From the NCBI GenBank assembly GCA_044345405.1, contig JBIJBE010000066.1, positions 1-10,569 on the forward strand: a DNA stretch of 10,569 bases, read 5' to 3'. The position numbers and the translations under genes were made by a program. This DNA is from Bdellovibrionota bacterium (GTDB lineage Bacteria; Bdellovibrionota_C; UBA2361; OMII01). The notes beneath the pieces were generated by a model. It made no database searches and was not told where the DNA came from. It saw nothing but the letters and a program-made list of their open reading frames with translations. This document shows positions 1 through 8,059 of the stretch, piece by piece (positions within the stretch are counted from its first letter, which is position 1; each line of letters starts with the position of its first letter).

Positions 1-35
1 GCGATGGAGTCCTATTGGACTTGCTGTGTTGTTTG

Positions 36-57
36 GGTTCAAGTCCAGGCGGGTCTA
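36..57 (+). repeat. Inverted imperfect copy of the tRNA 3' end (T-loop plus acceptor strand)
   Basis: Plus-strand ggttcaagtccaggcgggtcta matches the tRNA 3' end GGTTCAAGTCCAGGTGGGGCCA at 19/22, with the first 14 nt exact. It is an inverted repeat of 82-103. Confidence 0.75.
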
Positions 58-81
58 TCCCTTTTCCTGACGTCAAAGGAA

Positions 82-155
<74 letters not shown>

Positions 156-246
156 ACGAGAGAATCGGAACTGTATCTTGGACCTCAGCCGTTTGCTACT
201 GGGCCGGCTCCTTTTCCGTGAGGAAAAGCCCCCGGAGGGAATGATC

Positions 247-279
247 GCCGGCCGCTCTAACCAACTGAGCTATAGGGCC
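247..279 (-). repeat. Exact 33-bp direct copy of the tRNA 5' half (copy of 123-155)
   Basis: gccggccgctctaaccaactgagctatagggcc occurs at both 123-155 and 247-279. Identity ends at the anticodon loop. Confidence 0.95.
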
Positions 280-447
280 TTACAGAAGAGAATGCTGTTG
301 TACAACTTAACCCTCGGGGGGTGCAACCCTTACCTCTGATTCTAGGGTATATTCTGCGTCGTTTGTCCTCGCTAAGTCATCTTGGTAATTGATACTATAG
401 GTTCTTTGCCCGTAGTATCGAGGGACCACCCCCGTGATAGAGGTCAC

Positions 448-1173
448 ATGTCAGATGCTCCAGCTCCTGCCGCTCTTCCGATTATCATCCAGCTCAGCAA
501 ACTCGATGTACAGATAGCGACCTTCTCGGCTCAGAAGAAAAAACTTGAGAACGACCTTGCGGCGAGGAAGCAGGTCATCGGGACGCATGAAACAAAGAGG
601 ACGGCCCGCGAGAAGGTACTCGCTGACAAGAAGACGCTCTGCGCTAAGGAAGAGAAGAGCGTCAAAGCCGAGCGTGACAAGATCAACGAGCGTCGCTCCG
701 CGCTCAACACCCTCAACAACTACAAGTTGCAGCAGGCCGCTGAGCGAGAGATCGACTATACCGCGAAGCAGATCGGGCAACGTGAGGATCTCTTGCTTGG
801 ATTGATGCGAGAGATCGAGACCCTCGAAAAAGAGGTCGCTGATATGACCGGTGTTATCAACGGTCTCAACGATGAATTCTCGGCGCTTCATAAAGAGTCC
901 TCGGAAACGATCAAAGGTCTGGAAGAGCAGCTCGCCTCACTGAACAAGGAGCGAGCGGAGCAGGCCTCGCAGCTCGCTGGTCAAACGGTTCTCATCGCCT
1001 ACAACCGTATCCGAGATAGATTTCCTTCGAACCCAGTGGTTGAGGTGGCCAATCGAGATAGCTGCTCAGGATGTTTCATGAAATTGGGCCCGCAGGTGAT
1101 AGTGCAGGTTTCCCGCCAAGATGTGGTAAAATGCCCCGGCTGTGGACGAATTCTCCGATTAGCGGCAGAGTAG
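448..1173 (+). CDS. Coiled-coil protein with C-terminal C4 zinc ribbon (DUF164 / CT398-CdsZ / HP0958-FlgZ family)
   Basis: N-terminal L..LD..I motif, a long heptad E/K/L coiled coil, then Y.RIR...VV.V...CSGCFMKL...CPGCGRIL. Start moved from 382 to ATG 448, which follows GAGGT at 440-444. Confidence 0.9.
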   Translation: MSDAPAPAALPIIIQLSKLDVQIATFSAQKKKLENDLAARKQVIGTHETKRTAREKVLADKKTLCAKEEKSVKAERDKINERRSALNTLNNYKLQQAAEREIDYTAKQIGQREDLLLGLMREIETLEKEVADMTGVINGLNDEFSALHKESSETIKGLEEQLASLNKERAEQASQLAGQTVLIAYNRIRDRFPSNPVVEVANRDSCSGCFMKLGPQVIVQVSRQDVVKCPGCGRILRLAAE

Positions 1174-1213
1174 GGGGCTCTTCAAGGGGCCCGTTCAAAA
1201 AGTCCCCAGCAGA

Positions 1214-1592
1214 GAGAAGTTGAGTGCGTGATCGCTTGGGGTAATACCTGAGAGGAAAGTCGGGACTTCATAGGGTAAGTTGGCCGTTAACGGCGGCGCC
1301 GAGTGATCGGCGGAAAGTGCCACAGAAAAGAAGACGACCTACCTGCAAGGGTAGGATACGGTGAAACGGTGAGGTAAGAGCTCACCAGCACGGGGGTGAC
1401 TCCGTGGCTTGGTAAACCCCAGCTGAAGCAAGACCGAATAGGAAGGCTTTCTACGGCAACGTAGAACGTCGCGGCCCGCGACGAGCCTTCGGGTAGCGTC
1501 GCTTGAGCTCATCGGCAACGGTGAGCCCAGATGAATGATCACACGGTCCCACAAGGACTCTGAACAGAATCCCGCTTACCGCTCGACTTCTC
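1214..1592 (+). ncRNA. rnpB: RNase P RNA, bacterial type A
   Basis: P1 is gagaagttgagtg (1214-1226) paired with cgctcgacttctc (1580-1592). P4 signatures are GAGGAAAGTCGGGA and ACAGAATCCCGCTTAC. Also present: AGTGCCACAGAAA, GGTGAAACGGTGAGGTAAGAGC, L15 GGTAAACCCC, and AGATGAATGAT. Confidence 0.97.
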
Positions 1593-1616
1593 CCTGGTGG
1601 GGGCTTCTTGGCCTGA

Positions 1617-2702
1617 CTACAGATTCTGCGCCTTATCCCGCAACACATGATCCGCAAGCACTAACGCCGCCATCGCGTCCACAATAGGCACAGCGCGTGG
1701 AAGGACGCACGGGTCGTGACGTCCTGACGCGGCAAGTTTGGTCGGCTGCCCCTCGGTGGTAACGGTATCCTGCTCCTTACCGATCGTCGCGACCGGTTTA
1801 AAGGCGACGCGGAAGGTGATCGTGCTTCCGGTAGAGATTCCGCCGAGCACCCCACCCGCGTTGTTTGTAGCGGTTGTAACTTCGCCGTCCTCTCCGATCA
1901 CGAAGGGATCGTTGTGCTCACTGCCACGGAGGTGTACCGCGTTAAATCCGAGTCCGATCTCAAATCCCTTCACCGCGTTGATGCTCAGCATCGCTTTACC
2001 GAGGTCGGCGTGAAGCTTGTCGAATACGGGCTCACCGAGCCCGGGCTGCACGTTGCGGACGACGCAGCGGATAATGCCCCCTATAGAATCCCCGTCCGCC
2101 TTAACCTGTCGCACAAGATCTATCATCTTGGTCGCGGCCTCTTGGTCTGGGCATCGGATGATGTTCGATTCAATGGCGTCGAGGGTCACTTCATCAGAAT
2201 TAACGTTAGACTGAATGGAGCCGACCTGCTCAACGTAGCTCAGGATCTCGATGCCGAGGCTCTCGCTCAAGAACTTACGCGCGATGGCGCCAGCAGCGAC
2301 CCGTCCAAGGGTCTCTCGCGCGGACGCTCGTCCACTTCCACGCCAATCGCGGAGTCCGTACTTAGAGAGATAGGTGAAGTCAGCGTGTGAGGGGCGGAAC
2401 GATTTGTGAAGATCGTTGTAGTCCTCCGAGCGTTGGTCCTTATTGTAGGCGAGCATCATGATCGGGGTGCCGGTGGTGTATCCCTCAAAGACGCCGCTCA
2501 AGATGTGAATGGTGTCCTCCTCTTTGCGAGGGGTGGTGATGTCGCTCTGTCCCGGTTTGCGGCGGTCGAGCTGCTCCTGAATGTCGGCCTCTGAGATCTC
2601 GAGTCCTGGAGGGCACCCGTCCACGACTACGCCTACAGCGCCGCCGTGCGACTCCCCGAAGGTAGTTATCTTAAAGAGCTCTCCAAATGAATTTCCGGCC
2701 AT
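1617..2702 (-). CDS. aroC: Chorismate synthase
   Basis: Motifs [40 protein letters not shown] and [15 protein letters not shown]. Start MAGNSFG at 2702 follows a GGAGG SD. Confidence 0.98.
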   Translation of the reverse strand: MAGNSFGELFKITTFGESHGGAVGVVVDGCPPGLEISEADIQEQLDRRKPGQSDITTPRKEEDTIHILSGVFEGYTTGTPIMMLAYNKDQRSEDYNDLHKSFRPSHADFTYLSKYGLRDWRGSGRASARETLGRVAAGAIARKFLSESLGIEILSYVEQVGSIQSNVNSDEVTLDAIESNIIRCPDQEAATKMIDLVRQVKADGDSIGGIIRCVVRNVQPGLGEPVFDKLHADLGKAMLSINAVKGFEIGLGFNAVHLRGSEHNDPFVIGEDGEVTTATNNAGGVLGGISTGSTITFRVAFKPVATIGKEQDTVTTEGQPTKLAASGRHDPCVLPRAVPIVDAMAALVLADHVLRDKAQNL

Positions 2703-2727
2703 GTGTCCTCCCGAGGGGACGAGTGTA

Positions 2728-3420
2728 TCACCCAAGGGCCTGCATGATCGAGTCTAGTTTGTCGACAGTGATTTGTCCCGCGGCAGAGCGGCTGGCGGCC
2801 TCGATCGGAGCGAAAGCCATCTCGTTGCCCCATACCGAGCCGAAAACACGAGTGATAACCCCGTGTTTGCCCATGCCGAGGATGATGCTCTTGTTGCCTG
2901 ATTCCCGAAGGTCGATCAGGAGCGAGAGAAGGCGCAAGGCGTCTCGTTGCGTGGTGCAGTGGGTCGCGATCTTAATAATATGCGCGTTCCATCCCTTCAT
3001 ACGGGAGACGATAGATCGAAGCACGGTGTCAGAGGGGGTCTGAGAGAAATTGTGGTACGAGAGGATGCTCTTAACCGGAATTCGGGCGGCTTGGAGTCGG
3101 CTGATATCGTCCGCCTGTACGGTGATATCCATGTCCACGAGCACCTGTTTGCGTGACAGCGTGTTAATTATCTTGAAGCGGGTCTCCGGATTGATCTTCA
3201 TTGCGCCGAGATTGCGCCGACGGAAAACCATCACGAGCCGGTTCGGATACTGTCCGACGAGCGAAGCCGCGAATCCGGGATCGATATCCTCGATGTAGTC
3301 GAGCCACACTTCGGCGTATCGAAACTTGTTGATGTTCTTTTTGAGAACCTCCTCGACCTCCGCGCGGGTAGGTTTGATGATGGGGAGGCAGTACTTATTA
3401 TCGACTCGTTGAGCGCACAT
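2728..3420 (-). CDS. aroD: Type I 3-dehydroquinate dehydratase
   Basis: Motifs ILSYHNF..TP (catalytic His), IIKIA (Schiff-base Lys), GMGKHG..TR and SAAGQ. Lies in an aro cluster. Confidence 0.9.
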   Translation of the reverse strand: MCAQRVDNKYCLPIIKPTRAEVEEVLKKNINKFRYAEVWLDYIEDIDPGFAASLVGQYPNRLVMVFRRRNLGAMKINPETRFKIINTLSRKQVLVDMDITVQADDISRLQAARIPVKSILSYHNFSQTPSDTVLRSIVSRMKGWNAHIIKIATHCTTQRDALRLLSLLIDLRESGNKSIILGMGKHGVITRVFGSVWGNEMAFAPIEAASRSAAGQITVDKLDSIMQALG

Positions 3421-3566
3421 AGTAGGAGAGCCTCACCGATTGAACCTCCTGAACTATCACTCCGAGAGGAGCTTCTCTAGTCTAGGCAGCGACCGGCGGA
3501 TAGCGAAAATAAACTTCAAAAATATTTCAGAGGAGGAGCTTATGCGCAACTCCACTGAGAAATAAA

Positions 3567-3596
3567 AGTATACGAAAAAGTGTGACGTTGGTCACG
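3567..3596 (-). promoter_or_regulatory. Candidate internal sigma70 promoter for aroD-aroC overlapped by a CRP/FNR-type palindrome
   Basis: Minus strand reads GTGACC-17 nt-TATACT. Plus strand has TGTGA-N6-TCACG at 3581-3596. Confidence 0.4.
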
Positions 3597-4422
3597 TCCC
3601 AAGCGAGTTTCTTAAAATCTTTTCCATTTCCTCTTTGGGAGCCTTGACACCGGTGTGCAGATGGAATTGCGCAGTGCCTTGCTCAAGAAACATGTCGAGT
3701 CCAGGGATCGTTTTAGCCCCCACTCGATCGCTCATGCGTAACAGCTTGGTTGTGACTGGCGCGTAGATAGTTTCAAAAACGATCTGATCCTGGGTAAGCG
3801 CCGATTCCGGCACGGGAGAGATCTCTACGTCAGGAGCCATACCAACGGAGGTGGTGTTGATGATGATGTCGAAGGATGAAAGCTCATCTGAATTCTCAAG
3901 TGGACGAACTGAGGCGTTGAATCTCGCGGCTATCGATTCCGCTTTGTCGACAGAGCGGTTGAAAATAGCAACCGAGGCGCCCTTTGTTGAGCAGGCATAC
4001 AGCGCGGCCTGAGCCGCGCCGCCAGCGCCGAGCAGGGCTACTCGCTTCCCCTTAAGGGAGGTTCGTTGCTCAAGTGGGCGAAGGATTCCGAGCCAATCGG
4101 TGTTGTAGCCGGTAAGCTTTCCGTTCTCGTTTACCACTGTATTAACCGCACCGATAGCTGCGGCTATCGGATCTACCTCGTCGAGGAGCTCCATAATCGC
4201 CACTTTGTGAGGCATGGTGACCGCAAGTCCCCGGATGCCGAGCGCTCGCATTCCCTTGATGGCGTCAGCTAGCCCCTCTGATCGCACCTGCGACCCTGCC
4301 ATAACGAATGGGAGGCGAACGGCGGCGTAAGCGGCGTTGTGCATCGCGGGAGAGAGGCTGTGACTAACGGGGTCCCCAATGACGAGGCAGAGTGATGAGC
4401 GTGCGGATATCTCTAGCTGCAT
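3592..4422 (-). CDS. aroE: Shikimate dehydrogenase
   Basis: Motifs IGDPVSHSLSP.MHN, VTMPHK, GAVNT, GYNTD, GAGGAA, NRS..KA, INTTSVGM and GLDM..EQG. Start ATG 4422 lies just after the aroK stop. Confidence 0.96.
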   Translation of the reverse strand: MQLEISARSSLCLVIGDPVSHSLSPAMHNAAYAAVRLPFVMAGSQVRSEGLADAIKGMRALGIRGLAVTMPHKVAIMELLDEVDPIAAAIGAVNTVVNENGKLTGYNTDWLGILRPLEQRTSLKGKRVALLGAGGAAQAALYACSTKGASVAIFNRSVDKAESIAARFNASVRPLENSDELSSFDIIINTTSVGMAPDVEISPVPESALTQDQIVFETIYAPVTTKLLRMSDRVGAKTIPGLDMFLEQGTAQFHLHTGVKAPKEEMEKILRNSLGT

Positions 4423-4427
4423 ATGGT

Positions 4428-4937
4428 CTACCTTATCCGGGTGATGATCGTCGAGCAAACTTCGTTAACTGTTCGTCCATCGGTGTCAATTATTATATCG
4501 GCGTGCCGTTCGTAGATCGGGAGCCTGCGCCGATACAGGTCAAGCGCGTTCGCTTTGTTAGCGAAGAGAGGTCGGGTAGAGATATCTCCCGCCCGCTCTG
4601 TTACCGTCTCGAAAGAGGTTCGAAGATAGATGATGATTCCGCCGCTTCCCCTGAGGTTGGTCATGTTTTCCTCTCGGGTGATGATCCCCCCGCCGGTTGA
4701 GATAACAACATCCCTCGCGTCTCGAAGCGAAGCCGCCACCTCCGCTTCTAGGTCGCGGAAATGCGACTCTCCTCTATCGGCGAATATCGCTGGAATGGAG
4801 GGGTGTCCGGAGCGAGCCACGATCTCATCGTCCACCTGAACGAGGGGAAGGCCAAGATTTGAGGCAAGCGCTGCCGCTACGGCGCTTTTTCCCGATGCCA
4901 TAAACCCAATCAGCACTAATTTCGTGTGCGCTGTCAT
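4428..4937 (-). CDS. aroK: Shikimate kinase
   Basis: Walker A LIGFMASGKS, plus IF...GE..FR..E, VISTGGG, RPL and R...YE..AD. Start MTAHTK at 4937 preferred. Confidence 0.95.
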   Translation of the reverse strand: MTAHTKLVLIGFMASGKSAVAAALASNLGLPLVQVDDEIVARSGHPSIPAIFADRGESHFRDLEAEVAASLRDARDVVISTGGGIITREENMTNLRGSGGIIIYLRTSFETVTERAGDISTRPLFANKANALDLYRRRLPIYERHADIIIDTDGRTVNEVCSTIITRIR

Positions 4938-5055
4938 CTGTCGCGCAGCATACCCGCATCGCCGGCCCGGATTCAATGTGGCTTGAAAAAGAGAGGGGAT
5001 GGTGTGAGCATAGGGCTCGTCTGACCGGTAGTAGCTTTAACCTCGAAGGATCCCC

Positions 5056-5814
5056 ATGCGAAACGCGTCCTTGTCTCGATTCCTAGTCCACCTTGCGCTT
5101 CTTCCCCTCATGGTAAGCGGTGCTATCGGATGCGCGGTCAAAGAGCGGACCAATCCGTTGCCACAAACGTATCTGGAAGGGCGGGACATCTCGGTTGTCG
5201 ACAAGACCATCCCGTTTAAACACGCCTGGATCGATCCTAATCTTCCCAAAGAGCAGTACACGAACGTATGGTTCCGCACGGTAACGGCGGACACCTTGCA
5301 GGAGGACTCCTGGCTCGCCAGCAAGGGAACGTTGCTATCAAAGGAGAGTGAGTACAAAAAGCTCGCTGATGAGCTTGCGATCTACTTCAAGCAGGAGCTC
5401 ATCGAGCACGTGGCAAATTACAAGAATGGAGTGGTATCGGTCGTTGATTCCGCTCAGCCACGAGGTCTCATTTTCGATATCGCGTTGACTGAGCTTGAGT
5501 TCTCACACCCGATCCAGAAAGCGGGATTCATGCTTGTGCCGATTCCTGCTTCCTCGTTGGTATTTAATACGGTTTCCGATCCTCACGTGGCGTTCGCCGC
5601 TAAGGTGTATGACGCGCAAACAGGCAAACTCATCGCTACCCTGGGTGATCGCCGGTTTCCCCCGACTCGTTTGCTTGACGTGAATAGATTGACGCTTACC
5701 AGCTCGGCGCGGGAGATCTGTGATACGTGGGCTGATATCATCGCCGAAGGGCTCAATCGTGATCGGTTCGCCGAGGTGCCTGACCGAGGGTTCTTCGCTA
5801 TCCTTCCGTGGTAG
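5056..5814 (+). CDS. Putative lipoprotein, DUF3313-like
   Basis: Signal peptide ends in a lipobox-like AIGC. DIALTEL and AKVYDAQTGKLIA..DRR resemble DUF3313. SD GAAGGA lies upstream. Confidence 0.7.
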   Translation: MRNASLSRFLVHLALLPLMVSGAIGCAVKERTNPLPQTYLEGRDISVVDKTIPFKHAWIDPNLPKEQYTNVWFRTVTADTLQEDSWLASKGTLLSKESEYKKLADELAIYFKQELIEHVANYKNGVVSVVDSAQPRGLIFDIALTELEFSHPIQKAGFMLVPIPASSLVFNTVSDPHVAFAAKVYDAQTGKLIATLGDRRFPPTRLLDVNRLTLTSSAREICDTWADIIAEGLNRDRFAEVPDRGFFAILPW

Positions 5815-5822
5815 AGCGGTGC

Positions 5823-5842
5823 ATGGGGCGAAATCGTCCCGT
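5823..5842. terminator. Hairpin between convergent lipoprotein genes
   Basis: atggggcg-aaat-cgtcccgt forms a stem-loop with G-U pairs. No U-tract. Confidence 0.3.
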
Positions 5843-5855
5843 ATATCGCGTGCTA

Positions 5856-6557
5856 CTAATCTTCTGAGTCGTTGATGAGCTGAAGAATCGGAGCGTTCTC
5901 CAGGTTCGGGCTCTGAGCGATGATCATCGTATACACGCTCTCGCTATCGAAAACCTGGTCAGCGAGGATCGCGAGAACTGTTCCGGTCGTGGCATTCGTG
6001 ACGACGATGTCGTACGTGTTTGCCTTTCCGGTTAGGTACGTTGTAACTGACTTGTAACGGATGTTCTTCGCGGCGGGCGCTGAGTTCTGATAGTTCTGCC
6101 CGTTCGCGACAACGTATACGTTGAGGGTTGGTGTCGATTGCCATGCGTCGATAACGCGGAGCTTGAAGGAACCGTCCCCCGCTTTCTCGTTGTTATCCAC
6201 AAGCATGAGCGCGGTTGCGTCGAGCGCCGAACCGATTGCGATGTAGGTATAGTCCTTGTCATCCGAGAGTATCGTGAGCAGGTTGCTAATCGGTGTGAGA
6301 GAGTCCGAGGGGACCACTTGAAAGAGGTGCTGATCGGTGTCGAAGGTAAAGTACCCGGAATCTTGAAGGTACCCCTCATCCTCAAACCACACATCGCCAT
6401 CGACGAGGAAATCAACCCCGTACACATCGGACACGGCGTTGATGAACCGGAGATTTACTTGATCGTCATTTCCATCATTTTGTCCACACCCCGAGAGAGA
6501 GATGATTGCCACCATCGAAAGAGCGAAATACCGGGCGATTTGAAGAAGGTTTTTCAT
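5856..6557 (-). CDS. Lipoprotein with tandem DUF4397-like beta domains
   Basis: Lipobox LSGC. Two internal repeats: LRFINAVSD...VDFLVDG...YTYIA and LRVIDA....LNVYV...YTMII. Start MKNLL at 6557. Confidence 0.8.
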   Translation of the reverse strand: MKNLLQIARYFALSMVAIISLSGCGQNDGNDDQVNLRFINAVSDVYGVDFLVDGDVWFEDEGYLQDSGYFTFDTDQHLFQVVPSDSLTPISNLLTILSDDKDYTYIAIGSALDATALMLVDNNEKAGDGSFKLRVIDAWQSTPTLNVYVVANGQNYQNSAPAAKNIRYKSVTTYLTGKANTYDIVVTNATTGTVLAILADQVFDSESVYTMIIAQSPNLENAPILQLINDSED

Positions 6558-6709
6558 AGTGGCCGAAGTGTACACGTGCTCTAACCCCTACTCAAACGGG
6601 GTCTGTTATGGATCTATCCTGCTCTGAATTGTATAGAGCGCCCTTTGTTAGGTATCGGCTGGAGCGATACGGACTATTACAAGGGTAATGGATTTCCGGT
6701 CCGATGCAG

Positions 6710-6726
6710 TTGGAACGGCTATCGCT
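6710..6726 (+). promoter_or_regulatory. Candidate sigma54 (-24/-12) promoter
   Basis: TTGGAACGGCTATCGCT versus consensus YTGGCACGRNNNTTGCW. GG-N10-GC spacing is exact, with 2 mismatches. Confidence 0.4.
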
Positions 6727-6738
6727 TAAGGGGGGGAT

Positions 6739-8010
6739 ATGAGTCGAATGGGGGAGGCACGAGGGGGACCGATCTCTCTTGGCGGGCATAGTTCGCGTCA
6801 CGCGGAGCTTTTGCCCGACCTGACCGCCGTAAATTGGAATGCCACTCCGCGATCATCCGAGGAACGAGACCTTGTGGCGCTGATTCGACATGACCCCGAC
6901 AATCTCCACCATCGTCTCATATACGCCTACTTTCTGCACGATCAGGGAACGCCAGCCGACGACGCGAAAGCCGCGCTCATTCGTTACATGTGCAGAGATG
7001 AGCCGTACCGAGAGGTGTTCAAGTCGACTGCCTTCACCGGCATGCACGATGGGGTCTACATCTACCGAAGGGTAGTTGGTGGTGAGGGGGATGGGAGTTT
7101 ACTGCCATCCGGACGGCTTATGCTGCAAGGAGGTTTGGTATCTGAGGCGCACGTCTCCTCTCCGCGTACCACGGATGAGGAGGGTGTTCGCGCCGTGGCC
7201 CGAGCGCTGAGCGCGCATCCCGTGAGGCGATTAGTTCTTGATCAAACCTCCGCTGAGGTCGCGTGCATCCTTGAACAAGGTGGTGTCATGGATGGGGTGC
7301 GTTCGCTCGTGCTCAACGATGTCGTGGGTGGAGGTAGGCTCGGGGCGCTGGCTTCCAGGCTCGAAGAGGTCACGTGCACGCTGTCCGAAGCTGCTGGTGT
7401 ATGCAAGGATCCAACGAGCGCTGTGGAATTGCCGAGTGATCGCATTCGAATTTTGTCAGCGGTGAATATCCTTGAGCGTGATAACGTGACGCCTTCTTTG
7501 GGCCCTTGGCGGTTGCTTGGAGGGAATGTGTCCTTTCGAATTTTGAGGGGGGAAGCATCGGTGCACGGGATAGATAGATTTGTGGATCCTGGGGTCACTC
7601 GATCGCTTCAGGTGGAGGCGATTCTGAGTCCCGACGCTATTCAAGAGATCGTGAAGCTCGCGCCGACCCTCGAACGCCTCTCGTTTGTTGGGTGCTCGAT
7701 CAGCGATGAGTCGTGGAGAGATCTCCTGAGTCATTCCTTCCCCAAGTTGCGAGAACTTCAGATACAGGCGACCGACGCACCACCGGATACCCTTCATCTT
7801 CTCTCTCAAAATGGCGCGGCTCGGAGCCTCTCATGGGTCCGGCTCGCTGAAAACGCGCAGCGCTTAGATGGTGGGGTGGAGCTCTTAGCCGATAGAGGTC
7901 TTTTTCCGGCTCTTCAAGCAGTAGAGGTCGGCGCTGAGAAGCGACGACCGCTCCTTCTTGCGGGAATCGCCGTACATACACCAACCTTTTTTGGGTGGCG
8001 GTCGTCATGA
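6739..8010 (+). CDS. TIGR02996-domain protein with degenerate C-terminal leucine-rich repeats
   Basis: ERDLVALIRHDPDNLHHRLIYAYFLHDQG...KAALIR matches the TIGR02996 pattern. GGLVSE and HPVRRLVL follow, then LxxLxL repeats (LERLSFVGCSISD, PKLRELQI, SLSWVRLAEN, PALQAVEV). Start uncertain (6739 or 6748). Confidence 0.75.
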   Translation: MSRMGEARGGPISLGGHSSRHAELLPDLTAVNWNATPRSSEERDLVALIRHDPDNLHHRLIYAYFLHDQGTPADDAKAALIRYMCRDEPYREVFKSTAFTGMHDGVYIYRRVVGGEGDGSLLPSGRLMLQGGLVSEAHVSSPRTTDEEGVRAVARALSAHPVRRLVLDQTSAEVACILEQGGVMDGVRSLVLNDVVGGGRLGALASRLEEVTCTLSEAAGVCKDPTSAVELPSDRIRILSAVNILERDNVTPSLGPWRLLGGNVSFRILRGEASVHGIDRFVDPGVTRSLQVEAILSPDAIQEIVKLAPTLERLSFVGCSISDESWRDLLSHSFPKLRELQIQATDAPPDTLHLLSQNGAARSLSWVRLAENAQRLDGGVELLADRGLFPALQAVEVGAEKRRPLLLAGIAVHTPTFFGWRSS

Positions 8011-8059
8011 AGTGAGACAGGGGCCGGAGGTCCCAAAATCCTTCGGCTTACGCGCTTCG

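Noticed and set aside
1-57. Possible second, plus-strand tRNA truncated by the window edge
   Set aside because: The T-stem is broken (G-A mismatch and two G-U pairs) and no anticodon arm is visible. Treated as an inverted fragment instead.
297-326. Candidate tRNA promoter (minus TTGCAC-18-TACAAC) with palindrome gttgtacaac
   Set aside because: The -10 lacks the conserved final T, so it is too weak to call.
451-891. 146-aa minus ORF and other small ORFs overlapping the zinc-ribbon gene
   Set aside because: Shadow frames of a well-supported gene, with no recognisable motifs.
1339-1657. Minus-strand ORFs of 71 and 68 aa
   Set aside because: They are antisense to rnpB, a common source of spurious ORFs.
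1738-4839. Plus-strand ORFs antisense to the aro genes (e.g. 1914-2390, 2687-3043)
   Set aside because: Antisense shadows expected from codon bias in GC-rich coding DNA.
6592-6801. 69-aa minus ORF in the divergent intergenic region
   Set aside because: No motif, it overlaps the next gene's start, and it covers probable promoter DNA.
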